From: an uncultured Campylobacter sp. | GTDB taxonomy: Bacteria > Campylobacterota > Campylobacteria > Campylobacterales > Campylobacteraceae | Assembly: GCF_937997465.1 (NCBI RefSeq) | Contig: NZ_CALKTQ010000174.1 | Location: forward strand, 1 to 38,661 | Direction of reading: 5' to 3' | DNA length: 38,661 bases | Shown here: positions 9,517-18,392 of the stretch, in pieces | Layout: the number at the start of each line of letters is the position of its first letter | Position numbering within the stretch: the first letter of the stretch is position 1 | The notes under the pieces: generated by a model | Database searches by the model: none | The model's input: the letters and a program-made list of their open reading frames with translations, nothing else | Told to the model about the DNA's origin: nothing | Translations under genes and position numbers: made by a program

Positions 9517-9641
9517 TTCCCCATAAACGACGGATTTCAAGCTTTAAAATTTTAAACCCGTTTCGGTTACGTATTTCATATACGCGCCCTAACGGGTTAA
9601 AATTTTAAAGTTAAACTACGCCTATTCTGTCTGGAATATTT
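9514..9641. repeat. Dispersed ~128-nt palindromic element, copy 2
   Basis: Direct repeat of 4136-4263; its first TGA is the yedE stop codon. Confidence 0.9.
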
Positions 9642-9876
9642 GTCGTATATCTTGCTAAATTTATAAATTTGACATTTTCGCGGCGCGGGTCTCGGCGAGC
9701 GAAAGACGTAAATTTAACTTATATAAAAAGCGAGCTTGAATTTGACAAATTTGATGGCGGCTAAGAGTAAAAAGCAGGCTAAAACATAACCTAGCCTGCA
9801 AGAAATAAATCTTTTATCTAAAAAGTAGTCAAATTTGCTCGGCTCGTATACCAAACCAAAGCCGAGTCAATTAAAT

Positions 9877-10311
9877 TTAGCCCAAAAGCCCCGCCCCTTT
9901 TATCGCTTGACTGCGCTCTTTTGCGTAGATGCGCTCGCCTCCTATGACGTCGTATTTCCAGATCGGCGCGTTAGCTTTAAAGTCCTCGACAAACTCATTT
10001 ATCAGCCGCAAGGCGACCTTTCTTTGCGGGCTAACGACACCTGCGACATAGGAGCTCTCGTGTACCGGCACGTCTCCGCGAGAATGCGCGAAAAGTACGT
10101 ATGCGCCCAGATCCTTTGCCTTTTGCTCCCAGCCCGCTAGCCATTTGCGCAGGATCGGCTCGTAGATGTCAAAGCTAAGCGCGCTGATGCCGCCTTCCTC
10201 GCGCACGATGCCGGTAAACGTGATGAGCGCGCCGCAGTTTTTGTCCTTAAACTCGTCGTACCAAGCGTTTGTGATCGCTTTGGCGTCGAGACTTCCATCA
10301 AATATCTGCAT
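9877..10311 (-). CDS. moaE: Molybdopterin synthase catalytic subunit
   Basis: GALITFTGIVR, HSRG and FKANAPIWKYD motifs. Confidence 0.95.
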   Translation of the reverse strand: MQIFDGSLDAKAITNAWYDEFKDKNCGALITFTGIVREEGGISALSFDIYEPILRKWLAGWEQKAKDLGAYVLFAHSRGDVPVHESSYVAGVVSPQRKVALRLINEFVEDFKANAPIWKYDVIGGERIYAKERSQAIKGAGLLG

Positions 10312-10312
10312 C

Positions 10313-10534
10313 TTAACCTCCGCAAACTGGCGGTAAAATGGAAATTTTATCCCCGTCTTTTAGCGGCGCGTCTAGCGAGCTTGCGATCTCGTCGTTTACG
10401 GCGACGGCGCAGATTTTTAGCCACTCGCCAAGCTCCTCGTATTCGCCTAGTTTTTCTTTTACTTCGCTTAAATTTGCCGCTTCCAGCTTTAAATTATTCA
10501 TCTTTATCGGGCCCAAAAACTCGATTTCTACCAT
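10313..10534 (-). CDS. moaD: Molybdopterin synthase sulfur carrier subunit
   Basis: 73 aa, AVAVN, C-terminal LPPVCGG; adjacent to moaE. Confidence 0.95.
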   Translation of the reverse strand: MVEIEFLGPIKMNNLKLEAANLSEVKEKLGEYEELGEWLKICAVAVNDEIASSLDAPLKDGDKISILPPVCGG

Positions 10535-10625
10535 AAATTCACCTTTGAAATTAAATTTTTTTCTTGATTTTACTTAAAAAAATATTTAGATATACTTACG
10601 CCAAATTTTAAACGAAAGAGCCCTA

Positions 10626-11765
10626 ATGAACGAAATCTTAAGCAAAATAAAAACTCCTGCCTACATCTGCGAAGAGGCCAAGGTGCGCGCAAATCTCGAA
10701 ATTTTAAAACGCGTCAAGGATGAAAGCGGCGCAAAGGTGCTAGTCGCCCTAAAAGGCTTTGCATTTAGCGGCGTGATGGGGCTTGTCGGCGAGTATCTAG
10801 ACGGCGCGACGTGCAGCGGCCTACACGAGGCTAAATTTGCCCAAAAACACGTTCGCGGCGAGATCCATACCTATTCGCCTGCATTTAAAGACGAGGACAT
10901 AGATGAGGTGCTAGCTCTCTCAAAGCACGTGGTTTTTAACTCCTTTGCACAGTGGGCTAAATTTAAAGAAAAAGCTCTGGCCGCAGGCGTTACCTGTGGG
11001 CTTCGCGTAAATCCCGAGCTCTCCGTCGCGCCGACTGACGCGTATAACCCGTGCGGTCGCTACAGCCGACTGGGTATCACGCGCGCAAATTTCGACGCTG
11101 ACGCGCTTGATGGTATCACGGGACTGCATTTTCATGCGCTTTGCGAGGAGAGCGCGCAGAGCCTGGAGACCGTGCTGATGGCGTTTGAGGAGAAATTCGG
11201 CGAGTTTATCCCGCGCATGAAGTGGGTAAATTTCGGCGGAGGACATCACGCAACCAAAGAAGGCTACGACGTAGATCTGCTCATAAATTTGATTAAAAAT
11301 TTCCGCGCAAAATACGGCGTCGAGGTCTATATAGAGCCCGGCGAAGCGGTGGGCTGGCAGACGGGATTTTTAGCCGCTTCGGTGCTTGATTTCGTACAAA
11401 ACGAAAAAACCATAGCCATCCTAGACGTTTCAGCCGAGGCGCATATGCCTGACACCGTGCTGATGCCCTACCGACCAGCGGTACGAGGCGAGAGCAAGGG
11501 CGGTAAATTTAGCTACCGTTTGGGCGGAAATACCTGTCTAGCCGGCGATATCATGGGGCTTGACGCGGGCGAGCCGGAGTATAAATTTGACGCGCCGCTA
11601 AGCGTGGGCGATAAAGTGATCTTTGAGGACCAGATCCACTACACGATCGTGAAAAACACGACCTTTAACGGCATAAAGCTGCCTGATTTGCTACTTTTAA
11701 AAGAAAACGGCGAGCTTGTAACCGTGCGGGAATTTGGCTTTGAAGAGTATGAGAGGCGAAACTAA
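10626..11765 (+). CDS. nspC: Carboxynorspermidine decarboxylase
   Basis: ALKGF PLP lysine, LHFHALCE, NFGGGHH, EPGEA, CLAGD and HYTIVKNTTFNG motifs. Confidence 0.95.
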   Translation: MNEILSKIKTPAYICEEAKVRANLEILKRVKDESGAKVLVALKGFAFSGVMGLVGEYLDGATCSGLHEAKFAQKHVRGEIHTYSPAFKDEDIDEVLALSKHVVFNSFAQWAKFKEKALAAGVTCGLRVNPELSVAPTDAYNPCGRYSRLGITRANFDADALDGITGLHFHALCEESAQSLETVLMAFEEKFGEFIPRMKWVNFGGGHHATKEGYDVDLLINLIKNFRAKYGVEVYIEPGEAVGWQTGFLAASVLDFVQNEKTIAILDVSAEAHMPDTVLMPYRPAVRGESKGGKFSYRLGGNTCLAGDIMGLDAGEPEYKFDAPLSVGDKVIFEDQIHYTIVKNTTFNGIKLPDLLLLKENGELVTVREFGFEEYERRN

Positions 11766-12110
11766 ATTTGCCTCCTGAAACTGCGCCCTTTAGGGTGCAA
11801 ATTCGACGTTTGGGAGGGCGCCGTTTGTGGCTGTAAATTTAAATCAAATTTTACGCCAGGTTTCTGCCTGATATGCGCGTGCGCTAAACCCGTAGCTTTT
11901 CGGATTTAAATTTTGAAATTTGGTTTATCGCCCGCCAAATTTGCCGCAAATTTAATCACAAACGAAGTTAAATTTAAGATAAATAAAATCTAGCTTATAT
12001 AAATGAATTAATATAGCGGATTATAAATTTGACCTTGATTTTGATAAAAAAGCGCCACAACTGCCTAAAAATGCATTGTTTTGACGCTAAGCTTGCATTA
12101 CGTTATTTTT

Positions 12111-12119
12111 TGATATAAT
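12111..12119 (+). promoter_or_regulatory. Extended -10 promoter (TGATATAAT) for fdhC
   Basis: Perfect TGnTATAAT about 90 nt upstream of the fdhC start. Confidence 0.6.
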
Positions 12120-12208
12120 TTCATGAAAATCCGCAAAATTTAGCCTTTGGCTGGATGCCGACCACGACGAGCTTTTTAAGGCGGAAAACAAAACCAAAGG
12201 GAGATAGC

Positions 12209-13156
12209 ATGACGAGAATTTTTAGTTTGCTTTCGGTCTTCGCCTGTTGGGTCTTCGCTATCGAGGCGAGTCCTAGCACAAACCAGTACCAGAGCAATAT
12301 CTGGGCTGCGGGTAGAATCGAGAACATTAAGCCTTACGAAGACGGTTTGGGGCCGATTTTCACGTTCATTCAGGGCAACGACTACTTCGCTATAGCCGTT
12401 TTGTCGCTGATTTTAGCCGTGATTGGGGCATTTGCTTTGCATTTTTTGATTATCGGGCCAAAGCATTTTAGTCACGACGGGAACAAAGTCTATGCATTTA
12501 GCGTAATAGAGCGCGTCGCTCACGGGCTAGCCGCGATCTCGTGGATAGTACTGGTACCGACCGGTATCATCATGATGTGGGGTGCGGAGCTTGGCGGCGG
12601 AGCTTTCGTGAGATTTTGTAAAAATATTCACGGGTTAGCCACTATTATATTTGCGGTATCCGTATTACCGATGCTGATAGCTTGGACGAAAAGAATGCTA
12701 CCGACGATCTACGACATCAGATGGATGCTGATCGTAGGCGGGTATCTTTCAAAAGTTAAGCGACCAGTGCCTGCAGGTAAATTTAATGCTGGTCAAAAAG
12801 CATGGTACTGGGTCGCTATCCCCGGCGGTATCGTGATGATACTAACCGGTGCCGCGATGTTCTTCTTAGATTTTAAAACGCCTGACGTCGCTACTTGGCT
12901 AGGCGTACCGCAAATCGAAGTTTTAAGAGCTTCTGCACTAATCCATAACGTGCTTGGCATCGTGTGTGCGGTATTTTTCCTAGTGCACATCTACATGGCT
13001 GCTATCGCGATACACGGCGCTATCTGGTCGATGGTAACGGGATATAAAGAAGAAGAAGAGGTTTATGTGCTTCACCACTACTGGTATCAGGAACTCATCT
13101 CTAAAAATAAAATTCCCGTATCTGAATACGAAAAAACTTACGCAAAATTAAAATAA
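12209..13156 (+). CDS. fdhC: Formate dehydrogenase cytochrome b (gamma) subunit
   Basis: ERVAH, KNIH, GGYL...AGKFNAGQK, IHN and HIYMA heme-ligand motifs. Start moved to ATG 12209 (AAAGGGAG RBS, signal-like N-terminus). Confidence 0.92.
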   Translation: MTRIFSLLSVFACWVFAIEASPSTNQYQSNIWAAGRIENIKPYEDGLGPIFTFIQGNDYFAIAVLSLILAVIGAFALHFLIIGPKHFSHDGNKVYAFSVIERVAHGLAAISWIVLVPTGIIMMWGAELGGGAFVRFCKNIHGLATIIFAVSVLPMLIAWTKRMLPTIYDIRWMLIVGGYLSKVKRPVPAGKFNAGQKAWYWVAIPGGIVMILTGAAMFFLDFKTPDVATWLGVPQIEVLRASALIHNVLGIVCAVFFLVHIYMAAIAIHGAIWSMVTGYKEEEEVYVLHHYWYQELISKNKIPVSEYEKTYAKLK

Positions 13157-13157
13157 T

Positions 13158-13186
13158 AAAAAAGGAGAAGTTTTTCTCCTTTTTTT
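13158..13186 (+). terminator. Intrinsic terminator after fdhC
   Basis: AAAAAAGGAGAA pairs with TTCTCCTTTTTT; U-tail. Confidence 0.75.
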
Positions 13187-13293
13187 ATTTTAAAGCCTAG
13201 GCTGAAATCCGCCTTTTATACGAAATTTAAAATCTTTTAGATAAAATTCCCCTCAGACTTCAGGTTGAAGAGTAATAAATTTAAGGAAAAATC

Positions 13294-13893
13294 ATGCAAA
13301 TCGATTGTAGAAATTTGGCTTGCCCTGAGCCCGTTATTAGGACTAAAAATGCGCTTGAAGGATTAAAAAATGGCGAAAAGCTTGAAATTTTAGTAAATTC
13401 TATCGCTCCAAAAGAAAACATAAGCCGCTTTTTAAAAAACCAAAACGTCGAATTTAGCGTAGAGCAAAACGCTGCCGAGACGAAAATCACCGCCGTTAAA
13501 GGCGAATCCAAACTTGAGCTAACGAATTTTGACGAATTCGTCTGCGAAATCACGCCAAAGAATAAAAAAACAGTCGTTTATCTAAATGAAGAATACGCCG
13601 GAAGCGGCGACGTGGGCGTTAGCTTGCTGTCTAAATTTTTAGGAGCGCTTTTGCAGGTAGAAAATAAGCCCGAATACGTAATCTGCGTAAATAATGCCGT
13701 CAAAATGACGACAAACCGCGCTCATCCAAGCTTCAAACCACTTAAGGATTTAGAAGCTGCGGGCGTTAAAATTTTAAGCTGCGGCAGCTGCCTAGAGGCG
13801 TACAAGCTCGTAAGCGACCTAAGCGTCGGCGAGATGTCAAACGCCTACGAAGTCATGCAAATTTTAACTACGCACGAGCAAATCAAACTATGA
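13294..13893 (+). CDS. yedF: Selenium metabolism protein YedF (TusA/SirA plus DsrE-like domains)
   Basis: IDCRNLACPEP TusA motif; C-terminal CGSCL; overlaps the selD start (ATGA). Confidence 0.9.
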   Translation: MQIDCRNLACPEPVIRTKNALEGLKNGEKLEILVNSIAPKENISRFLKNQNVEFSVEQNAAETKITAVKGESKLELTNFDEFVCEITPKNKKTVVYLNEEYAGSGDVGVSLLSKFLGALLQVENKPEYVICVNNAVKMTTNRAHPSFKPLKDLEAAGVKILSCGSCLEAYKLVSDLSVGEMSNAYEVMQILTTHEQIKL

Positions 13894-14912
13894 TTTATAA
13901 CGACAAACGTCTCACGAAATTCGTCCGAGCGGCGGGTTGAGCGGCCAAGCTTGACCCGTCGGGTCTAAACAAAACTATCGGCGATTTAAATTTAGCTCAC
14001 CCAAATTTGCTCTCAAACATCGGCACAAACGAAGACGCAAGCGTCTTTAAGATCACGGACGACATCGCGCTCGTGCAGACGCTAGACTTTATCACGCCGG
14101 TGGCGGACGATCCGTTTATATTCGGTCAGATCGCAGCCGCAAACAGCCTAAGCGACGTGTTTGCGATGGGCGGCAAGGTACTAAACGCGCTAAATATCGT
14201 CGGTTTTGACAGCTGCAACCTAAGCGGCGAAATTTTGGGCGAAATTTTACGCGGCGGGCAGGATAAGGTCGCCGAATGCGGCGGCGTGATCGTGGGCGGA
14301 CACACGATAGAGACGCAGCAGATGTATTACGGGCTTAGCGTCACGGGCGTCGTTTCGCCGAGCTCCTTTTGGTCAAACAACACCGCGCGCGAGGGCGACG
14401 CGCTCATACTTACAAAGCCGCTGGGAACGGGCATTTTAAGCACGGCGATCAAGGCCGATCTGCTAAATTTAACCCAAATCGAACAGGCCGTCGAGACGAT
14501 GCGGCAGCTAAATTTCTACGCCGTGGACGCGCTAAAAGGCATCAACGTAACGGCGGCGACCGACGTCACGGGATTTGGCTTTTTGGGGCATTTAAGCGAA
14601 ATGCTAAACGACAAAATCAGCTTTGAAATTTACCCTGATAACGTTCCCGTGATAGCGGCCGCGCGCGAGTTTGCCGATATGGGCATCATCCCCGAGGGCA
14701 GCTATAAAAACCGCGAATTTGCGAGTAAATTCGTTAGCGGCGACGCTGATATCTTGCTTTACGATGCGCAGACTTCGGGCGGATTACTGCTAGCGGTACC
14801 GCAAAGTGAGGTAAATTTGGCTCTTTCTCGTCTAAAAGAGGCGGGTTATGAGAGCTCGGTAGTCGTAGGTATAGCTAAAAAACGCGGCGAATACGGCATA
14901 AATTTACGGTAG
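13890..14912 (+). CDS. selD: Selenide, water dikinase, itself a selenoprotein (Sec17)
   Basis: ATG 13890 is in frame with track ORF 14007: MIYNDKRLTKFVRAAG-UGA(13938-13940)-AAKL. DFITP, AANSLSDVFAMGG, GGHT, DVTGFG and DAQTSGGLL motifs. Confidence 0.95.
13951..13968 (+). promoter_or_regulatory. Putative bacterial SECIS hairpin of selD
   Basis: GACCC-GTC-GGGTC stem starting 12 nt after the in-frame UGA, with G in the apical loop. Confidence 0.6.
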
Positions 14913-15348
14913 CCGAGCTTTAAATTTAAACGCGCAAATTTAATCAAATTTGACGGGTTTAAATTCGGTCAAATTTTGAAATATCAAGTTTAAAACGGCA
15001 AGCCCGCCAAATTTATTTATATAAACCGGCAAAGCTCCTGAGTCTATAAATTTAGTTAAATTTGAGCCGTCTAAAATACAAAAAAAGCTAAAATTCTTAA
15101 AAATGAAATTTAACTAAAATAAAAAATCATAGCAAAATAAAACAGCAAATTTACGCGTAATCCCGTGTTCAAATATCCGTAAATTTAGCTATTTGTTCGC
15201 AAACCAAATTCGTTAAATTTCTAAAATATTTACCCAAATTTTAGAGTAATCTGCAATGTATTATCAAAAATATTCCGTATTTTAAGCGAAAATATAAAAG
15301 AATTAAATTAAAACCACAATCTAATCTTAACGAAATAAAGGAGATAAA

Positions 15349-15515
15349 ATGGAATTTTTATCGTTTCTCTTTCTGGCTATAGCCGTTTTTATAGCTTGGA
15401 AAAACCTGAAAAAGAGGGCTTAGCGTTTGGCGCATTTGCCGTGGGGACGGCGATTTGCTTTATTATGTTTTTCATCGCCAGCTGGACGTCCCTGCTGCCT
15501 TACGCGGCGTATTAG
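15349..15515 (+). pseudogene. dba: Dba (DsbI accessory protein), frameshifted in an A5 run
   Basis: AAGGAG RBS; MEFLSFLFLAIAVFIAW then A5 at 15400-15404. One extra A restores WKKPEKEGLAFG...PYAAY* (55 aa), matching the recalled Dba KKPEKE.LAFG motif, directly upstream of dsbI. Confidence 0.8.
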
Positions 15516-15524
15516 GAGGGCGTG

Positions 15525-17078
15525 ATGAGTTTTTTTAACGATAAAAATTTCGATTTTATCATGGCTAGCGTGGTCTTGCTTGTGCTTGCTATCCCCGTCG
15601 GTATCGCAAATATCTATCTTGGCTACGTCATCGGCGAGGGTCCTTGCGCGCTTTGCTGGTGGGAGCGCATCGGCATGGTCGTAGTCGGCGTCGCGGGTAT
15701 CTTGATACTGCGCTACGGACTAAAGGCATGCTACATAGCTGCCGTGCTTTTCGGCGCTACGTATGGTATTTTTATGACGCCAAGACACGCTAGCTTTAGC
15801 TTGTATAGAGACGTCGGCATGGGCTTTGGCGGCTATATATTCGGCGCGCACACCTATACGTGGGGCATTTTAGTGTACTGGGTCGTGGTTGTAGCGATGG
15901 GGCTTATGATGCTTTTTGCCAAAGATAAGGTCGTCTCTGGCGATATCTCGCGCTCGGACACTAGGATCAAGCCTCTTAGCGCATATTCTAAATTTGTTAT
16001 CGCATTAAGCCTCTTTGTGATCCTATCAAATGCCGTTCAGGCGCTCATCTCGGCAGGCATCCCTCCCTATAGTGGCAAGGGCGATCCTGAGCGTATCAGC
16101 CTAAACAACACTTGGACGTCAGGCGTTTGGAAAAGGTTCGAAAAGCCGTTTTCATTTGTCGGCGCAAACGTCGTCGAGGATCCGTTTATAGCGGGCGAAC
16201 CTAAAGATATAAGCGTCAAATTTAACTCTGATCCAAGTGCCGGCGCGTTTACGGGCGTAAAGCCTGCGCTTAGCGTGAAAAACAGCTTCCCGCTTCCTTT
16301 TGAGACAAAGGGGATTTTCGGCAAAGGCGTAACGAGCGGACTTGCGTACAACGCTAAAAACGATACTTTTGGCATCTCAAACACCGAAGGCGGAGTTTAT
16401 TTTACGGATGCGAATTTTAAAGAGATCGCTCACGCCATCATCGACAAGCCAAACGGCCGCAATATCAAAAAAGCCGTCGCATCGACATTTGTCGGCGATA
16501 TGCTGGTGACTACGGGCTTTAACAAAATAACATTCGCCGTTAAACCTGCCCAAAATGTGGACGCGTATCACGAGTGGAGATATTTTAGAGAGAGTAGCGG
16601 CGGACTCGAGTCTGCGTGGAAATTTGACCGTCCGGCGCTTTTAACGATAAGGGCGAAAAAACAATACGTCCTAACGCTCGCAAAAGACCCGCAGAGCACA
16701 TATATGTATATGATTACGGTGTCAAACGAGCGCGCTAAAAACTTGATCCTCATCAAAGTCGATAGCAAGGATAAGATGCTAAGCGGCGAAACCATCGTGA
16801 CGTCAGCCCTCGCGCTAAAAGATAAACGCGATCTAAAAGACTACTATGTCACGGCTGGCGATATCGCGGGCGGTAAGTTTTTGGTCTACTCCAAAAACTA
16901 CAACACCTTGCTCGTGATCGACCTTGCGGAGGCGAAGGTGATTGACGCCTACGCGATGCCGCAAATAGGCGATATCTCAGGCATGGCGATAAAGGGCGGT
17001 AGCATCTACGCTCTAGCTCATAAAGATGGCAAAGTAAACGTCGTAGAGCTAAACAATCCTCTGGGCGAGCAAATTTAA
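15525..17078 (+). CDS. dsbI: DsbB-family disulfide oxidoreductase DsbI with C-terminal beta-propeller
   Basis: PCALCWWER CxxC, HTYTW, GIPPYSGKGDP; TM helices then a beta-rich domain. AGGAGG RBS favours ATG 15525 over GTG 15522. Confidence 0.85.
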   Translation: MSFFNDKNFDFIMASVVLLVLAIPVGIANIYLGYVIGEGPCALCWWERIGMVVVGVAGILILRYGLKACYIAAVLFGATYGIFMTPRHASFSLYRDVGMGFGGYIFGAHTYTWGILVYWVVVVAMGLMMLFAKDKVVSGDISRSDTRIKPLSAYSKFVIALSLFVILSNAVQALISAGIPPYSGKGDPERISLNNTWTSGVWKRFEKPFSFVGANVVEDPFIAGEPKDISVKFNSDPSAGAFTGVKPALSVKNSFPLPFETKGIFGKGVTSGLAYNAKNDTFGISNTEGGVYFTDANFKEIAHAIIDKPNGRNIKKAVASTFVGDMLVTTGFNKITFAVKPAQNVDAYHEWRYFRESSGGLESAWKFDRPALLTIRAKKQYVLTLAKDPQSTYMYMITVSNERAKNLILIKVDSKDKMLSGETIVTSALALKDKRDLKDYYVTAGDIAGGKFLVYSKNYNTLLVIDLAEAKVIDAYAMPQIGDISGMAIKGGSIYALAHKDGKVNVVELNNPLGEQI

Positions 17079-17089
17079 CCCCCGACTAA

Positions 17090-17124
17090 GGCAAATTCGT
17101 CCGTTTTGCGCGGGCAAGTTTGCC
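17090..17124. terminator. Hairpin after dsbI, possible terminator
   Basis: GGCAAATTCGTCCG pairs imperfectly with CGGGCAAGTTTGCC; no clear U-tail. Confidence 0.4.
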
Positions 17125-17205
17125 TCTATCCTAAATCCTCTTTAAGCTTAAATTCGGTCAAATTTTATATAATTTGGCGTAACCATAAAAACCAAAGGAG
17201 CGAAA

Positions 17206-17835
17206 ATGAATTTTTTAGAATCGATGAAATTTCGTCATGCATGCAAGATCTTTGACGAAAGCAAGAAAATCAGCGCGGGCGAATTTGACTTTATCTTGGA
17301 GGCGGGCAGGCTAAGTCCTAGCTCGGTTGGGCTAGAGCGGTGGGACTTCGTCGTCGTGCAAAACGAGCAGCTCAGGCAAAAAATCCGCGAAGTCTCGTGG
17401 AATCAAGTGCAAATCACCTCTTGCTCGCATTTGCTGGTCATCCTTGCTAAAGTCGCCGAGGTAAAAAGCGTGGGCGAATACGTGGAGAAGATGATTGATC
17501 GCCGCGGAGATAAGGCGCCCGAGATGATTGCCGCGAGGAAGAAATTTTACGGCGATTTTTTAGAGGGACGCTTTCATCGCGATGACGAGCTAGTTTTTCA
17601 CTGGTCGAGCAAGCAGTGCTACATCGCGGCGGCAAATATGATGACCGCGGCGGCGAGCCTAGGTATCGACAGCTGCCCTATCGAGGGCTTTGACGCAGCG
17701 GCTTTAAATAAAATTTTAGGCCTTGACACGAGCAAGCAGCGCGTGTGCCTCATGGTGCCGTTTGGCTACCGCGTAAAACCGCAGCCAAAAAGATACCGCC
17801 GCGAACTAAGCGACGTCGTGAAGTGGGTTTATTAA
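17206..17835 (+). CDS. NAD(P)H nitroreductase (NfsB-like)
   Basis: RHACKIFD, RLSPSSVGLERW, IDSCPIEGF and FGYR motifs; AAGGAG RBS; TATAAT at 17168-17173. Confidence 0.92.
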   Translation: MNFLESMKFRHACKIFDESKKISAGEFDFILEAGRLSPSSVGLERWDFVVVQNEQLRQKIREVSWNQVQITSCSHLLVILAKVAEVKSVGEYVEKMIDRRGDKAPEMIAARKKFYGDFLEGRFHRDDELVFHWSSKQCYIAAANMMTAAASLGIDSCPIEGFDAAALNKILGLDTSKQRVCLMVPFGYRVKPQPKRYRRELSDVVKWVY

Positions 17836-18392
17836 ATTTAGTAGCTATGCAAATTTAATGCGGTCGGCGCGAGCTTTACGCGATTTTGGTGCCGACCGAG
17901 TTTTAAATTTGAGTTTTTGCTGCTAAAAATTTGACGCAAATTTAAATTTGCCGAGACGACAAAAATGAAAACGAACCGATAAAATTTACGTCGGTAGAGA
18001 AAGCGTACGCCTACGGCGACTTGAAAGTACCAAGCACAGTTTGTCCGCTTTTTTAGCGATTTTGACGACTAAATTGCCGTCTGGCAAGCCATCCGTGCTA
18101 TCTGGGCCGGCCTGTAGTAAAACGCGGGCGGCGCTAGGGGTGGGATAATCATCTGTGTTAAAAAGACACCTACGCGATTGTTCCGTGCGATATTTTATCT
18201 TTTGCGAGAGAGTATTCGACCGCGCTGCATGATGGAAATTGGTATTAGATAATTAAAGCGCAGTATTTATTTTGCGAGCGGCTTGGCAGATCTGCTCAAA
18301 TTTAAGAGGCAAAATTTAGAACAACTTCAAATTTGCCGATTTTATAAACTCCAATTTGCCGAGACTGCAAATTTAGCCAAATTCAAATTTGG

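Noticed and set aside
9514..9555. Sec read-through of the yedE UGA, since a hairpin follows
   Set aside because: Would add only 12 residues before TAA; the same TGA in copy 1 ends no gene; the structure belongs to the repeat and is not a compact SECIS.
12035..12048. FNR-like TTGAT-N4-ATAAA upstream of fdhC
   Set aside because: Imperfect match in very AT-rich DNA, with no cognate regulator evident.
12155..12208. Longer fdhC start from the ORF track
   Set aside because: No RBS; ATG 12209 has an RBS and begins a signal-like sequence.
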